Positions 14,549 to 24,398 of a DNA stretch of 34,388 nucleotides are shown piece by piece. A model generated the notes under the pieces. The model did no database searches. It saw only the letters and a list, made by a program, of their open reading frames with translations, and was not told the DNA's origin. The stretch covers positions 1 through 34,388 of IMG/VR virus record IMGVR_UViG_3300043036_000465; one strand, written 5' to 3'. A program made the position numbers and the translations under genes. Source of the DNA: a virus (taxonomy: Duplodnaviria; Caudoviricetes). Positions within the stretch are counted from its first letter, which is position 1. Each line of letters begins with the position of its first letter.

Positions 14549-17067
14549 AGCACCCGGACAAACGATGGCGGCACGTTAACCGAACGCGACTGCCGAACCG
14601 AAACGGCGCGGATATCGAACAGGCGATCGGCGCCGCCGTTGGTGAAGGTGGCGCCGGTGATCACCAGTTCCACCGGCTCTGTGGTGGGCTGGCTGTCAGT
14701 GACGGTGCCACTTGTCATCGCCGCCCAACTGCCCGCGCCGGCCACGCTAATTTGCAGTTCCAGGCTACACACGCCGGCCACCCCCCCCGTGTTCAGGTAC
14801 AATTCGGCAGCAGCCGTCACCGTTTGGCCATTCAACAGGCGGATCGGATCAAGCTGTGCCGCGCCTGTTGAAAGCGATTTTATCGGCGGCGCTGAAACGC
14901 CGGTGGGCCCTTGCGCGCCCACGTTGGCCAACAGAGCCCAGTTTGCCCCCGGTGGGCCATTTGCGCCCGTGCTGGTGTGAGCAATGATCACCGTGAAGCT
15001 GCTGCCGTCGCGCGTGACGATATCGCCCAGCGCATAGACCACCGATGACGCGGACCATGCGCCGCGTTGCAGTGCGGGCAGCACAGCGCGCGTCACATCA
15101 GCATTATCAGCAGGGCGGCCCGCGCCGGTGACATAAGGCCATTGCGCGGTGGTCGCGGCGCTGGCCACCGCTGGTGCAATTGCAGCTGAATCGGTATAGC
15201 CACCGACAGGGGTTCCAGACGGCGCGCCGACTGTGGCCGTGCCAAGATACACCATGCTGATTTCGTGGATGCGGATTGTTTCAGGGATCGCGCCGTCAAA
15301 ATCGATCCGCACCCTTCGCACAATTTCATCGCGCCAGGCGTTGCCGCCGGCGGTAAGGCTGTGCATGTCCAGCAACACTTCAAACGGCGTGCCGTTCGTG
15401 GGGTGGTTTGCCGGAATCCAATCACCGTTTTTTGATCGTGTTCCATCGATCGGAGCATAGGCGTTAGTGCTGAAATAGACTTCCACGTTGCGCATGCCCG
15501 CAGACAGCGTTGCAGTAGCTGACAAGATCAGCCGCAGATAGCGCCCAACCCGTCCATCAACACCCAGCATGTCAGGCGAAAAGAAAGCACAATCACTTGA
15601 GTTTGCGGTAAATGTCGCAAACTGTTCGCCGGCCGTTACAGTTGGAGCCGCGCCAGTAAAGGTGACGCCAGACCAGCCATTCAGCGACTGATTGTTAAAC
15701 GCCCATTGCCGCACTGCCACACGTTGCGCCGTGTTACTAATCTCGCCATCTGTCAGGGTGCGGCCGCCGCTGTCTTGCAGGTTTGTGCCCGCAACTGCAC
15801 CGACTGTCGCGCCCGCCTGCGCAGGCTGCAGGCCGGAAACGAGCGTGCCATCGGGATAGCTGATCTGATCGGCCACGCCGATCACCCCATATTCGCCCTC
15901 GCTGTGCACGCGCCAGGTGGGTTCGGCGGCGATGGCCTGGCGCCAGAACGGCGCGCTGGTTTCCAGCAGCTGCACATCGGCCACCGCCGGCGTGCGGCTG
16001 CCATCGGCGGCCAGCGTGAAGGCCGGGCTGCCGATCCCGGCGCGGGCCACGAACAATTTGCCATCAAAGCCCACGCCTGCCGCCGCGTTGCAGCTGGCGG
16101 CGATCTGCTGGATGATATCGCGCGCCGTTGTCTGTTCGCCCAGGTACAGCGAAAGGTTGCCGCCGCCCGGCAACGTGGCCGCCCAAGTGTCCAGCGCGCC
16201 CAGGCTGGTGCTGTTGATCTGGCCGGCGGTGGCGCCGGCGATTTCGGCGATGCGCTTGATGATGGCGCCGGGCCGGCGCACCCATCCGGCGGCGCTGCTG
16301 TTGTCGCCTTCCACCCAAAAGCTGGGCACGGCCGCCGGCGCGCCAAAGCGCACCAGGCCCAGCGCCAGGCAGGTGCGCAGGCTGCCGGCCGCGATCGTGG
16401 CGCCGGCAAGCGCTGCATAGCTGGCGTCATTGCCGGTAAACGCCCCGCCGCCAAAGCGCGCCAGGCGATCCAGCACCTGCGGCACCGCCTGCACGCTGCC
16501 GGCCCCACCGTGCAGCTGCCAGATGTTCAAGGCGCTGTTGATCAGCACACCAGGGACAAACTGCGGCGCGCCGAACGCCAGCGGCTTGGGCGCGCCTTTA
16601 AGCGCGGCCAGGCCTTCTGCATTGCCAGTGCCGGCATAGATGGCCAGCAGGGGCTTATCCAGCCAGCGATCATCCGGGCGCAGGCCAATACGCAGGCGGC
16701 CGTTGCTGCCGCTGGCCGGGCGGGTCAGGCCAGCGAAAACCTGCACATATTCACCCCACGAACCGCCCAGCGGGCCCTGCCACACAGTGACCGCGCGTTC
16801 CCCCCAGCTGTAGCGGGGCGCATTGGAAAGGATCGATGCCGATCGGGTGGTGGTGATTTCCAGATCGCCAATGCCAATGCCGATCTGCCCGGAGAAATCC
16901 CCATCGAACAGATCAAGCCTGCGCTGCGGCGCGCGGGCCAGGACCGGCCACCAGCGCTGCCCGTTCAGGCTGGTGACGCGGTGATCATCCACGTTGCAGG
17001 CGCGCAGCACCACCGCCGCGCCGGCCACCGGGTCCCAAGCGCTGATTTCAATTAGGGTTACAGCCAT
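14545..17067 (-). CDS. Tail tip or central fibre protein (host specificity) with carbohydrate-binding modules
   Basis: N-terminal hub-like region (KGAPKPLAFG), beta-rich middle domain, CBM5/12-like RGAWS...YALGDIVT...W segment; follows the tape measure and tip genes. Confidence 0.8.
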   Translation of the reverse strand: MAVTLIEISAWDPVAGAAVVLRACNVDDHRVTSLNGQRWWPVLARAPQRRLDLFDGDFSGQIGIGIGDLEITTTRSASILSNAPRYSWGERAVTVWQGPLGGSWGEYVQVFAGLTRPASGSNGRLRIGLRPDDRWLDKPLLAIYAGTGNAEGLAALKGAPKPLAFGAPQFVPGVLINSALNIWQLHGGAGSVQAVPQVLDRLARFGGGAFTGNDASYAALAGATIAAGSLRTCLALGLVRFGAPAAVPSFWVEGDNSSAAGWVRRPGAIIKRIAEIAGATAGQINSTSLGALDTWAATLPGGGNLSLYLGEQTTARDIIQQIAASCNAAAGVGFDGKLFVARAGIGSPAFTLAADGSRTPAVADVQLLETSAPFWRQAIAAEPTWRVHSEGEYGVIGVADQISYPDGTLVSGLQPAQAGATVGAVAGTNLQDSGGRTLTDGEISNTAQRVAVRQWAFNNQSLNGWSGVTFTGAAPTVTAGEQFATFTANSSDCAFFSPDMLGVDGRVGRYLRLILSATATLSAGMRNVEVYFSTNAYAPIDGTRSKNGDWIPANHPTNGTPFEVLLDMHSLTAGGNAWRDEIVRRVRIDFDGAIPETIRIHEISMVYLGTATVGAPSGTPVGGYTDSAAIAPAVASAATTAQWPYVTGAGRPADNADVTRAVLPALQRGAWSASSVVYALGDIVTRDGSSFTVIIAHTSTGANGPPGANWALLANVGAQGPTGVSAPPIKSLSTGAAQLDPIRLLNGQTVTAAAELYLNTGGVAGVCSLELQISVAGAGSWAAMTSGTVTDSQPTTEPVELVITGATFTNGGADRLFDIRAVSVRQSRSVNVPPSFVRVL

Positions 17068-17846
17068 CAGATCACGCTGCGGATTTCAGCGCGCCATTCA
17101 AAGCGCTGGCCCACGTTCCACACCATGTTCAGGTTGCCACCCAGCGGGCCAAAATACAGCCGGCGCTGGCGCTGGGCGTTGGCATCGGGATCGGTGCAGA
17201 TCAGCACCATGCCGTTGCCGCCCACCTGTTCCATCAACACGCTGATGCGTTCTTCAGCTTCGGTGCGGGTGGACCAGGGCCAGCGCAGCGAAAGGGTGCG
17301 CAGCTTGGCGCTGCGGTTTGGCAGCCACACGCCGCGCGGGCTGAAATCAGCTGGCGCCAGATCGGCCACGCCCAGCGCCGCGCCAAAGCTGAAATTGACT
17401 TCGGGCTGATACCGGCGGCCGATCACCAGGCGGCCGATTTCGATCGGCGCCGCCAGCCCGGAAAAACTGATGCGCCACCACCGGAAACTAGATGGGCTGG
17501 CCAACACCGCCAGCGCATGGGTGCGGCCGCTGGTGGGCGTGGCGCTGCCGGCGGCGATCGCGCCGGTAAACAGATCACTGGCCGCGCCCAGATTGGCCTG
17601 GGTGGTGGCGCCGCGCACAGCCCAGTTGCCGGTGGCACCATTGGTTTGCAGCAGCGCCACGGTATCGATGCTGGTGGCCACGCCGAAATCCAGATCGATG
17701 CTGTCGGTGTCACCGGCGGCCGCGCTCACATATTGCACGCCGATCATGTCGTTAAACAGATCGCCCAGCACAGTGGGTGCAGCCGCACCCGCTGGCGACG
17801 ACAGCGCGGTGGGCACCAGCGGGCCCAACAGGAATCCGTTGCTCAT
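17067..17846 (-). CDS. Tail tip or distal-tail-like structural protein
   Basis: Discoidin-like IDLDFG...FRWWRISF...IEIGRL; synteny. Confidence 0.65.
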   Translation of the reverse strand: MSNGFLLGPLVPTALSSPAGAAAPTVLGDLFNDMIGVQYVSAAAGDTDSIDLDFGVATSIDTVALLQTNGATGNWAVRGATTQANLGAASDLFTGAIAAGSATPTSGRTHALAVLASPSSFRWWRISFSGLAAPIEIGRLVIGRRYQPEVNFSFGAALGVADLAPADFSPRGVWLPNRSAKLRTLSLRWPWSTRTEAEERISVLMEQVGGNGMVLICTDPDANAQRQRRLYFGPLGGNLNMVWNVGQRFEWRAEIRSVI

Positions 17847-18208
17847 GCCATCACTTCCAGCGTGGTGGTTTCCGCGTCATCATCAATAACGATGCGCGCG
17901 GCCAGCCCGGCGGCGTTCACCACCAGATTGGCATCGATCAGGGTGATCGCCGGCGTGGCGGTGCTGGCATCCAGCGCCAGCACCGATTGCACCTGCACCT
18001 GAAACCGGCGGCGTTCGGTGCCGATCAGGGCGGCCGCTTGGGACAGCACAGCGGTGGCATCGGCAGCGCTGTCCCAGAACCCCACCCGCGGGCTGGCCAG
18101 GCCATCGCGCGCGCCGGGCTGGCGGGCAAGCACGGCCGCATCCTCACTGGTGATGGTGCTGGCCGGGCGCGTGGCGCGGGCGATATCGGCGGCGGTGGGC
18201 GCAGGCAT
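17843..18208 (-). CDS. Minor tail protein (hypothetical)
   Basis: Overlaps the tape measure stop; synteny. Confidence 0.6.
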   Translation of the reverse strand: MPAPTAADIARATRPASTITSEDAAVLARQPGARDGLASPRVGFWDSAADATAVLSQAAALIGTERRRFQVQVQSVLALDASTATPAITLIDANLVVNAAGLAARIVIDDDAETTTLEVMA

Positions 18209-21126
18209 CAGGCAGCCTTCACATCATCGATTACGAAACCGCGGCCACCGCCGCCGCCACCGATGCCGGCCTGGGCCAGCGCCGCGGCGATCTGCTGGCC
18301 GATCATCGCCGGCAGCTGCGGCAGCATGTTCAGCATGGCAGTGTTTTCTGCTGTCGCGGCAGTGTTATCGGCGGTGGCGCGGGCGAAGGGATTATCGCCG
18401 GTGATGCTGGCGGCGTTATCGATCGCGGCAATTGCCCGCGATGTATCGGCCTGCACCTGCCGGAACGTCGAAAAAAAGCTGTCGGTGCGGCCAAACAGTT
18501 GGCCTTCGATATCCAGCAGCCGCTGGCCCGCCGCCACAAACGCACCTTGATCAAATCCGCTTTCACCGATGCGGCCGGTGGCCGCCTGGTAATTGGCCAA
18601 TGCAGCGCTGCGCTGATCGCCCAGCGACAGCGGCGATGCAGAACCAAAGCCCAGGCTCGACAGGAAATCGCGCAGGGTTGACGTTGCCGCCGCTGCTGCA
18701 TCCTTGATCGCCTGCAGGCCGCGTTCATATCCGGCGCTGGCCTTGTTTAAATCGGCGGTGCTGCTGCCGGCTTCGATCATGATATCGCGCAGCTGGGTGA
18801 ATTCATCGGTTAGGCTGCGCACCTCCTTGGCAAAAGGATTGGCAACTTCATCGAACACGCGGAGCGCATTAGCCAATGCGGCCGCCTTGCCCACTTGGAT
18901 CTGCAAATCGCCTGTACTCAAAAGGCGTTTAACGCTTTCATCCACCCCAGTGATCGCGCCCTGGCTGATGGCGTTGCGCAGCGCCGCGGTGATCGCTTCT
19001 TCCGGCGTGGCAAAACTTTGCCGGCCCGCCGCCTTAAAATCGCCGCCGGTGGGGTTGAAATAAAACGTGCCCTTGTTCGATCCGATCGCGCCCAGGTTCA
19101 GCCCGTTGGCAACGCTGCCACCCAACGCGCCGGCCAGCTGCGCCAGGCCCTGGGCCACACTGTCCACCAATCCTAATGCTTCATCTTCCCGGCCATCACC
19201 GCGCGCTGATATTCTGGATGCGCCGACCTGCCCGTTTTGAGTGGTCAAGAAGGCATCAGAATAAGGATCTTTGCCTGCGATCGATTCAAGGGCGCCGCCG
19301 GCAAACAGGCCGATCAGGGCACCGACCGGGCCACCAAGTGCAAAGCCGGCGGCAGCACCCGCCAGCGCGCCTACGCCGCTCGTTTTTTCCAAAGGCTCAA
19401 ACACAAAATCAAGCGCGGCGCCGATTGGCTTAAATGCTAGATCAAAGGCACGGCCCAGCGTTTGGTTTACTGCGCGATCAGCAAACGAGCCCGCCACATC
19501 TTTCAAACTTGCTTTAAGGTCGTCGCCAAAATCCTTAAAAGTAATCTTTAAATCATCGAACACCCGAGACAGCAGCGGCACATCCTTATTAAACAGCTTT
19601 GTGGCATCCCGGATTTGCCTTGCGGCTTCGTCCAGCGCTTTTCGGCCGTTTTCTGGTGACAGCGGCGCAAGCGGCGTCAAGGTGCGCGAAATCGATGCGT
19701 CTACCCCTGCCTGGAAACCTTTACCTAGGCCGGCAAGCGCGTCTCGCGTTGCTTCTGCATTGCGGGCGATCGTGAAATACAGATCAGCCTGCAGCCGCAG
19801 TTCGGGGGTAAGCGCCTTGCCGGCCTGCAGTTCCAAGTTGCGGAAAAACGCGGCCTTCTGTGCTTCATCGCGTGACAGGCCGGCAGTTTCCGCCTGAAAC
19901 CTTAAATCGGCCAGCGACTTGCTAACCGCGGCGGCCTGCTGTTCTGCGGCGCGGGCCACGGCCTTTTGCGCGGCTTCCTGCTTTACCAGTTCCTTGGCCG
20001 CCGCTTCGGCGGCGCGGCGCTTGTCGCCTTCGGCCTTGGCCGCATTAGCAGCGGCGCGGCCGGCCGCCAGATCGGCAGCGCCCGACAGGCGATCGGCGCC
20101 GGGCAGGCCCGCAAACTGCGCAGCACCTGCTGCAATACTCAACGGCGCAGGCGCCGGCGCAGCTGGTGCAGGGCGCAGGCCAAAGCGCACCAGATCATTC
20201 TGTAACGCGGCGGCGGTAAAGGGCGCAGGGCGGTTGGCAATATCATCAAGCGCGCCGCCCAGAAAAGCCACTTCGTTGGCCAGGCGCTTCACGAATTCGC
20301 GCGCGCCGTCATAGGCGCCGCTGCTTTCCGCCAGTGCGCGGGCGGAATCGCCGATGGCATCTTTCAGACGGAAAAAATCGCCGGTGAGATTATCGCCACC
20401 GGCCGCACCGGCACCGCCCACGCGGTTGCGCAGCGCATCGATCAGCGCCTGCTGCGCTTCGAAGGTCTTGCCGGATTCGGCCAGCGCTTTTACCGTGGCC
20501 AGCGTTTCCACGCCCAGAAACTTAAACCCCTTGGCCAGCCCATCCACATCACCGGCCGCCAGGTTCTGCAGGACATTGCCCAGCTTTTCGCTGTTGGAAA
20601 CCACATCGCCGCCAAAGGTTGCGGCAAGATCCGCCGCCAGTTCCAACACATCTTTAAACGTGCTGCCGGCGATGCCGCGGAAACTGGAAAGCTGTCGTTC
20701 GGCGGCTAAAAATTCCTCCGCCGAAATTGCAAATGTGGTTTCTAGTTCATCGGCATAAGCGCGCAGCTGCTGCGCGCTGAATCCGGTGGTGTTCCCGGTG
20801 GCCTTAAGCACGGCATCCAGCTTGCTGGATTCCTTGGCATAGGCTTCGGCCTCGCCGATCGCGAACCCCAGCGCGGCCGAAACGGCGCCAATGCCCGCCG
20901 CCGCCAACAGGGCCGGGCCAGAAAGGCCCGCCAGCGCGCCGCCCACAACCGGGATGCGCGATGCAAATTCGTTCAGCTTCGAATTGGCTTCACCGGACAA
21001 GCCTTCACCGATCTGGCGCCCGCCGGTTTTTGCCTTGGCCGTGGCCTGATCGATCGCGCCATCGAACTGCGCGCGAAATTGCTGCGCATTCAGGGTAAGG
21101 CGGGCAACGATTTCGCCGATCGCCAT
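18208..21126 (-). CDS. Tail tape measure protein
   Basis: 972 aa, Ala/Gly-rich and helical, typical N-terminus IGEIVARLTLNAQQF, hydrophobic GG-rich segments. Confidence 0.93.
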   Translation of the reverse strand: MAIGEIVARLTLNAQQFRAQFDGAIDQATAKAKTGGRQIGEGLSGEANSKLNEFASRIPVVGGALAGLSGPALLAAAGIGAVSAALGFAIGEAEAYAKESSKLDAVLKATGNTTGFSAQQLRAYADELETTFAISAEEFLAAERQLSSFRGIAGSTFKDVLELAADLAATFGGDVVSNSEKLGNVLQNLAAGDVDGLAKGFKFLGVETLATVKALAESGKTFEAQQALIDALRNRVGGAGAAGGDNLTGDFFRLKDAIGDSARALAESSGAYDGAREFVKRLANEVAFLGGALDDIANRPAPFTAAALQNDLVRFGLRPAPAAPAPAPLSIAAGAAQFAGLPGADRLSGAADLAAGRAAANAAKAEGDKRRAAEAAAKELVKQEAAQKAVARAAEQQAAAVSKSLADLRFQAETAGLSRDEAQKAAFFRNLELQAGKALTPELRLQADLYFTIARNAEATRDALAGLGKGFQAGVDASISRTLTPLAPLSPENGRKALDEAARQIRDATKLFNKDVPLLSRVFDDLKITFKDFGDDLKASLKDVAGSFADRAVNQTLGRAFDLAFKPIGAALDFVFEPLEKTSGVGALAGAAAGFALGGPVGALIGLFAGGALESIAGKDPYSDAFLTTQNGQVGASRISARGDGREDEALGLVDSVAQGLAQLAGALGGSVANGLNLGAIGSNKGTFYFNPTGGDFKAAGRQSFATPEEAITAALRNAISQGAITGVDESVKRLLSTGDLQIQVGKAAALANALRVFDEVANPFAKEVRSLTDEFTQLRDIMIEAGSSTADLNKASAGYERGLQAIKDAAAAATSTLRDFLSSLGFGSASPLSLGDQRSAALANYQAATGRIGESGFDQGAFVAAGQRLLDIEGQLFGRTDSFFSTFRQVQADTSRAIAAIDNAASITGDNPFARATADNTAATAENTAMLNMLPQLPAMIGQQIAAALAQAGIGGGGGGRGFVIDDVKAA

Positions 21127-21278
21127 TGGCTTTCCCTATGCAGCAAAGGCCCGCAGGCCGCGCGGCATCATGCCGGAGCCAGCAGGCGAGTGGAACAAAA
21201 TGTGGTGGGGTGGGCGCAGGTGGCCCGATACGTTTGGTGTAATGCAATCCGGTGCAAAATTCAACAGCCTGGCCGGGC

Positions 21279-21974
21279 CTATGCCGCCCCGCCCCGCGCC
21301 ATCAAAGCCCGCACCTCCTGTTCAAATTCGGCGGTGAGATAACCGGCGGCGCGGGCAAAAATCGGTTGGATGTTCACCCGTTTCTTGATCGTCACTTCAT
21401 CCAGCAGCAAAAAGATCAGCAGCCGTTCCTGCGCCCGGCCCTGTTCAAGCCGGCGGATTGTGGATTTCACCGCCACCCGGCCTGTCTTTTTCGATCGCGT
21501 GGCATTGGCCACAAGGTATAGTTTGCCGCCGATGCGCGCCGGCGACAGCTTTATCCCGGTGCGGCGCTGCCATTCCTGTGGGCCGATCGGCGTTTTGCCC
21601 CGGCCAACATAGCGCTTGCCGGCAGCGCGCAGCGGGATGGCCAGCATCTGGCCGGGCGATTTGATCGTGGCGCCCTGGGCATAGGCGCGGATTGCCCCCA
21701 CCGTTCGGGCCTTGCCCTTCGGCCGCACATCGGCGGTGGGTGAATCCGATTGGCCGGTTTCCGGGTAGACGCGAGTGTTCCAGGCGCGGGCCAACTTGCC
21801 CAGGCCGGCGGCTTCATATGCCCCTTCCAGTTCTTTTTCCACGCGGCGCCCGGCCCGCTCCACCGATGTGCGCGCGGCCTTCAAAAAATCGCGTTCTGTC
21901 TGGGCGCGCAGCTTTTTCAGGGCGTCACTGTCGAACGCCAGTTCGGCGATGGTAAGCTGCCGGCCCAGTGTCAT
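21279..21974 (-). CDS. Basic neck or tail-completion-like protein (DUF6441-like)
   Basis: Arg/Lys-rich; AGLGKLARAW, GATIK...LAIP and VTIKKR motifs. Confidence 0.65.
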   Translation of the reverse strand: MTLGRQLTIAELAFDSDALKKLRAQTERDFLKAARTSVERAGRRVEKELEGAYEAAGLGKLARAWNTRVYPETGQSDSPTADVRPKGKARTVGAIRAYAQGATIKSPGQMLAIPLRAAGKRYVGRGKTPIGPQEWQRRTGIKLSPARIGGKLYLVANATRSKKTGRVAVKSTIRRLEQGRAQERLLIFLLLDEVTIKKRVNIQPIFARAAGYLTAEFEQEVRALMARGGAA

Positions 21975-22288
21975 GGCGTGGCCCCCACCGATTTAGGCGG
22001 CGCCGTCATCTGATCGATCATGGCCAGCGCCTCTATCAGTGCGGCGGGCTGTTCAGCCGCGCCGCCGGCCAGTGGCATCAGGTGCAGGGCGCCGCCCATC
22101 GGCGATGGCACCCGGCACGCTGCCCACACATCCAGCACGCCCCACACCCACGCCGGCAGAATTACGCGGGGGTTTTCTTTCCAGAGGCGCCCATCGATTT
22201 CCCACCCGCCCTGCCCACGCGGCGGCTGCCTGCCGCAGTGGAAGGCAACGGGCTGCCTTCGGACGTGGACGGCGGCGGCGATAAAGGG
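21971..22288 (-). CDS. -1 frame extension of the tail assembly chaperone (gpGT-like C-terminal part)
   Basis: Open 106-codon -1 frame from the slippery site to the TGA at 21971; contains MPLAGGAAEQPAALIEALAMID; not in the supplied ORF track. Confidence 0.75.
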   Translation of the reverse strand, partial: PFIAAAVHVRRQPVAFHCGRQPPRGQGGWEIDGRLWKENPRVILPAWVWGVLDVWAACRVPSPMGGALHLMPLAGGAAEQPAALIEALAMIDQMTAPPKSVGATP

Positions 22289-22857
22289 CGGTGCTGTTCC
22301 GCGTACATGAGATTGTAAGCATGCCAGCCCACCGCGTTCAGATCCGGCGCCGGGATGGCTTGCAGGCTGGCTTCGCTGGCCTTGGCATCAGGGCCCAGGC
22401 CGAACGGTTGATGCACGTTCTGCCAGCCCACCAGAAACCACTGTGCCGCCAGCACCGGCAGCGCGTGTTGCCGGCGCGATTCCGCCGCGCGCAACTGGCC
22501 ATATTCGGGCCAGCTGCGCAGCGCCATTTCCAGCCCGGCCAGCAGCTGGGTGGTTTCATCGGGGATGGCTTCGGGCGTGGCCATGTTGGCCCGCCAAGTC
22601 GCCAAGGCTTCCAGCACCTGGCCGCGCGCCTCGCCATCCAAAAGGGCAGTGACAGCGCGTTCGGCGGCATCGATCAGATCCCACGGAAACACGCGGCCGC
22701 TATTCCACGGCGGGCCGCCGATCACGCCTTCGAACATGGCGCGATCGGCAATGGAACCGGGGCGCACCAGATACACAGGTGCGCCCGGCGGGGTGGACCC
22801 GTCCTTAAGATACCAGGGCGGGGTGAATGGCTGGGGGGCAGCGCTGGTGTAAATCAT
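22162..22857 (-). CDS. Tail assembly chaperone (gpG-like)
   Basis: Follows the tail tube gene; LVGWQNV motif; in-frame slippery C CCT TTA at 22288-22282. Confidence 0.8.
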   Translation of the reverse strand: MIYTSAAPQPFTPPWYLKDGSTPPGAPVYLVRPGSIADRAMFEGVIGGPPWNSGRVFPWDLIDAAERAVTALLDGEARGQVLEALATWRANMATPEAIPDETTQLLAGLEMALRSWPEYGQLRAAESRRQHALPVLAAQWFLVGWQNVHQPFGLGPDAKASEASLQAIPAPDLNAVGWHAYNLMYAEQHRPLSPPPSTSEGSPLPSTAAGSRRVGRAGGKSMGASGKKTPA

Positions 22858-22858
22858 A

Positions 22859-24100
22859 TTAATAGAACGTCAGGACAAATTCATTGTCGCGGGTGCTGCT
22901 GTCACTGCCAGGATTGATCAGCTTAAGCTGCAACGCTTCGGTACGGGCGCCAGCGCGGTCCGACCCATCGGCGCGATCCACCGGCTGCAACACCGGCATG
23001 GTCAGGCCCCAGCGATTGCCGCCGGTGTAGCCCGCGCGGATCAGGCCGGGGTAACGGCTGCCGGCCTTGATATCGGCCAGCGTGTCGCGGGTGGCCACGT
23101 AAGTTTGCAGCGGATCGCAACTGAACTGGCTGTCACGCCCGCCGATGATCCCTTCGCCAAATCCGGCAAGGCTGTTGGGATCGCTAGGCGTTTCAACCTG
23201 TTGGTTGGTGGTCAGGTTCCAGGTGTCGATCGCCAGCGCGCGGCGGTTGATCAGGAAGGCTTCAGACACAGCGGCACCTTGCACCAGCAGCGGCGCACTG
23301 TGGCTGGCAAAGGTAAGCGTTGCCGGAAAGGCGTTATCATCTTCGCCGACATACACGCCCGTGCCCGTGAACGTGGCGATGCCGGGCCGGCTGCTGCCGC
23401 CGGTCATGCTGATGCTGCCGCGCACATCGATGAAACGGCGGCGCTTGCCGCCCATGCAATAATGCACCGTCGCCAGAGGGTGATCGGTGACGCGGGCAGC
23501 GGCATCGGCCGGGCTGGTGGGCGCATAGGTCCAGTTGGCGATCAGCGCGATGGTGCTGCCGGTGGTGAACGCTGTGGCCATCACACTATCGGCGAAAGTG
23601 GCCAAGCGGCCCGCCGTGTAATCGCTGCACAACAGCAGTTCGCCATTGTTGGGCCCGGCGGCCACGCTAAACGGCATGCCGCGATAAGCCTGCGCCGTGG
23701 CCACATATGGAGTGGCCAGCGTGGCGGTGGTGGTGGTGCCAACTGTGGCAGCGGTGGCGGCAACAGCTGCCGTGAACGCCCCGCGCAGGCCAGAAGCGCG
23801 ATACACGGCATGGTGCGGCGGCGTGACCAGCGCGGTGTAGGTGGTGCCAGCCCCGGCACCCTTCAGCTGAAACTGGAAAGTGAGTGTAACGGGCTGGCCG
23901 ATCACCAGCGGCGCACCCGATGCTAGGCCGATACCAACTTCAGTGCTGGCCTGGAACTGGGTATCGCTGCTGTTCGAAAAGCTGTCAGCTTCAAACGAGA
24001 TGGCATCCACGTTGGCGGCCGGGCCAGCATCAACGCCAGCACTGGATTGGATCTTAAACAGGATTGCCTGCTGCCGGGCAATAATCGGAAGGCCGTCCAT
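22859..24100 (-). CDS. Major tail (tube) protein
   Basis: 413 aa, beta-rich, with a Thr/Ala-rich insertion; ends NEFVLTFY; lies between the tail terminator and the chaperone. Confidence 0.8.
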   Translation of the reverse strand: MDGLPIIARQQAILFKIQSSAGVDAGPAANVDAISFEADSFSNSSDTQFQASTEVGIGLASGAPLVIGQPVTLTFQFQLKGAGAGTTYTALVTPPHHAVYRASGLRGAFTAAVAATAATVGTTTTATLATPYVATAQAYRGMPFSVAAGPNNGELLLCSDYTAGRLATFADSVMATAFTTGSTIALIANWTYAPTSPADAAARVTDHPLATVHYCMGGKRRRFIDVRGSISMTGGSSRPGIATFTGTGVYVGEDDNAFPATLTFASHSAPLLVQGAAVSEAFLINRRALAIDTWNLTTNQQVETPSDPNSLAGFGEGIIGGRDSQFSCDPLQTYVATRDTLADIKAGSRYPGLIRAGYTGGNRWGLTMPVLQPVDRADGSDRAGARTEALQLKLINPGSDSSTRDNEFVLTFY

Positions 24101-24134
24101 GGCGGTAACCTTTCTTTAAAATGTGAGGAAAGTT

Positions 24135-24371
24135 TCAGACCGCCGAAGGTTCGGCGGGCTGGTCGGACGCGGGCACGGGCGCAGGCATCAGGTGGCCGCA
24201 TTGCACCAGATGATTAGCCTGTTCGGCTGTAAGGTGCGGGCCGACAGTGACGATATCGCCGGCACCCACCGTGATGAACTTGCCATCACCATCAAGGTGC
24301 GGCGTGCCATCGGGCGCGCGCAGCGGAAAATAGGTGCAGGCCATCAAGGCTGCGGCAACGGCTTTGGGCAT
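24135..24371 (-). CDS. Small hypothetical protein
   Basis: 78 aa, AAAGGA RBS, within the late operon. Confidence 0.6.
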   Translation of the reverse strand: MPKAVAAALMACTYFPLRAPDGTPHLDGDGKFITVGAGDIVTVGPHLTAEQANHLVQCGHLMPAPVPASDQPAEPSAV

Positions 24372-24398
24372 GTGCCAATCCTTTTTTTCGGGTGTGCT

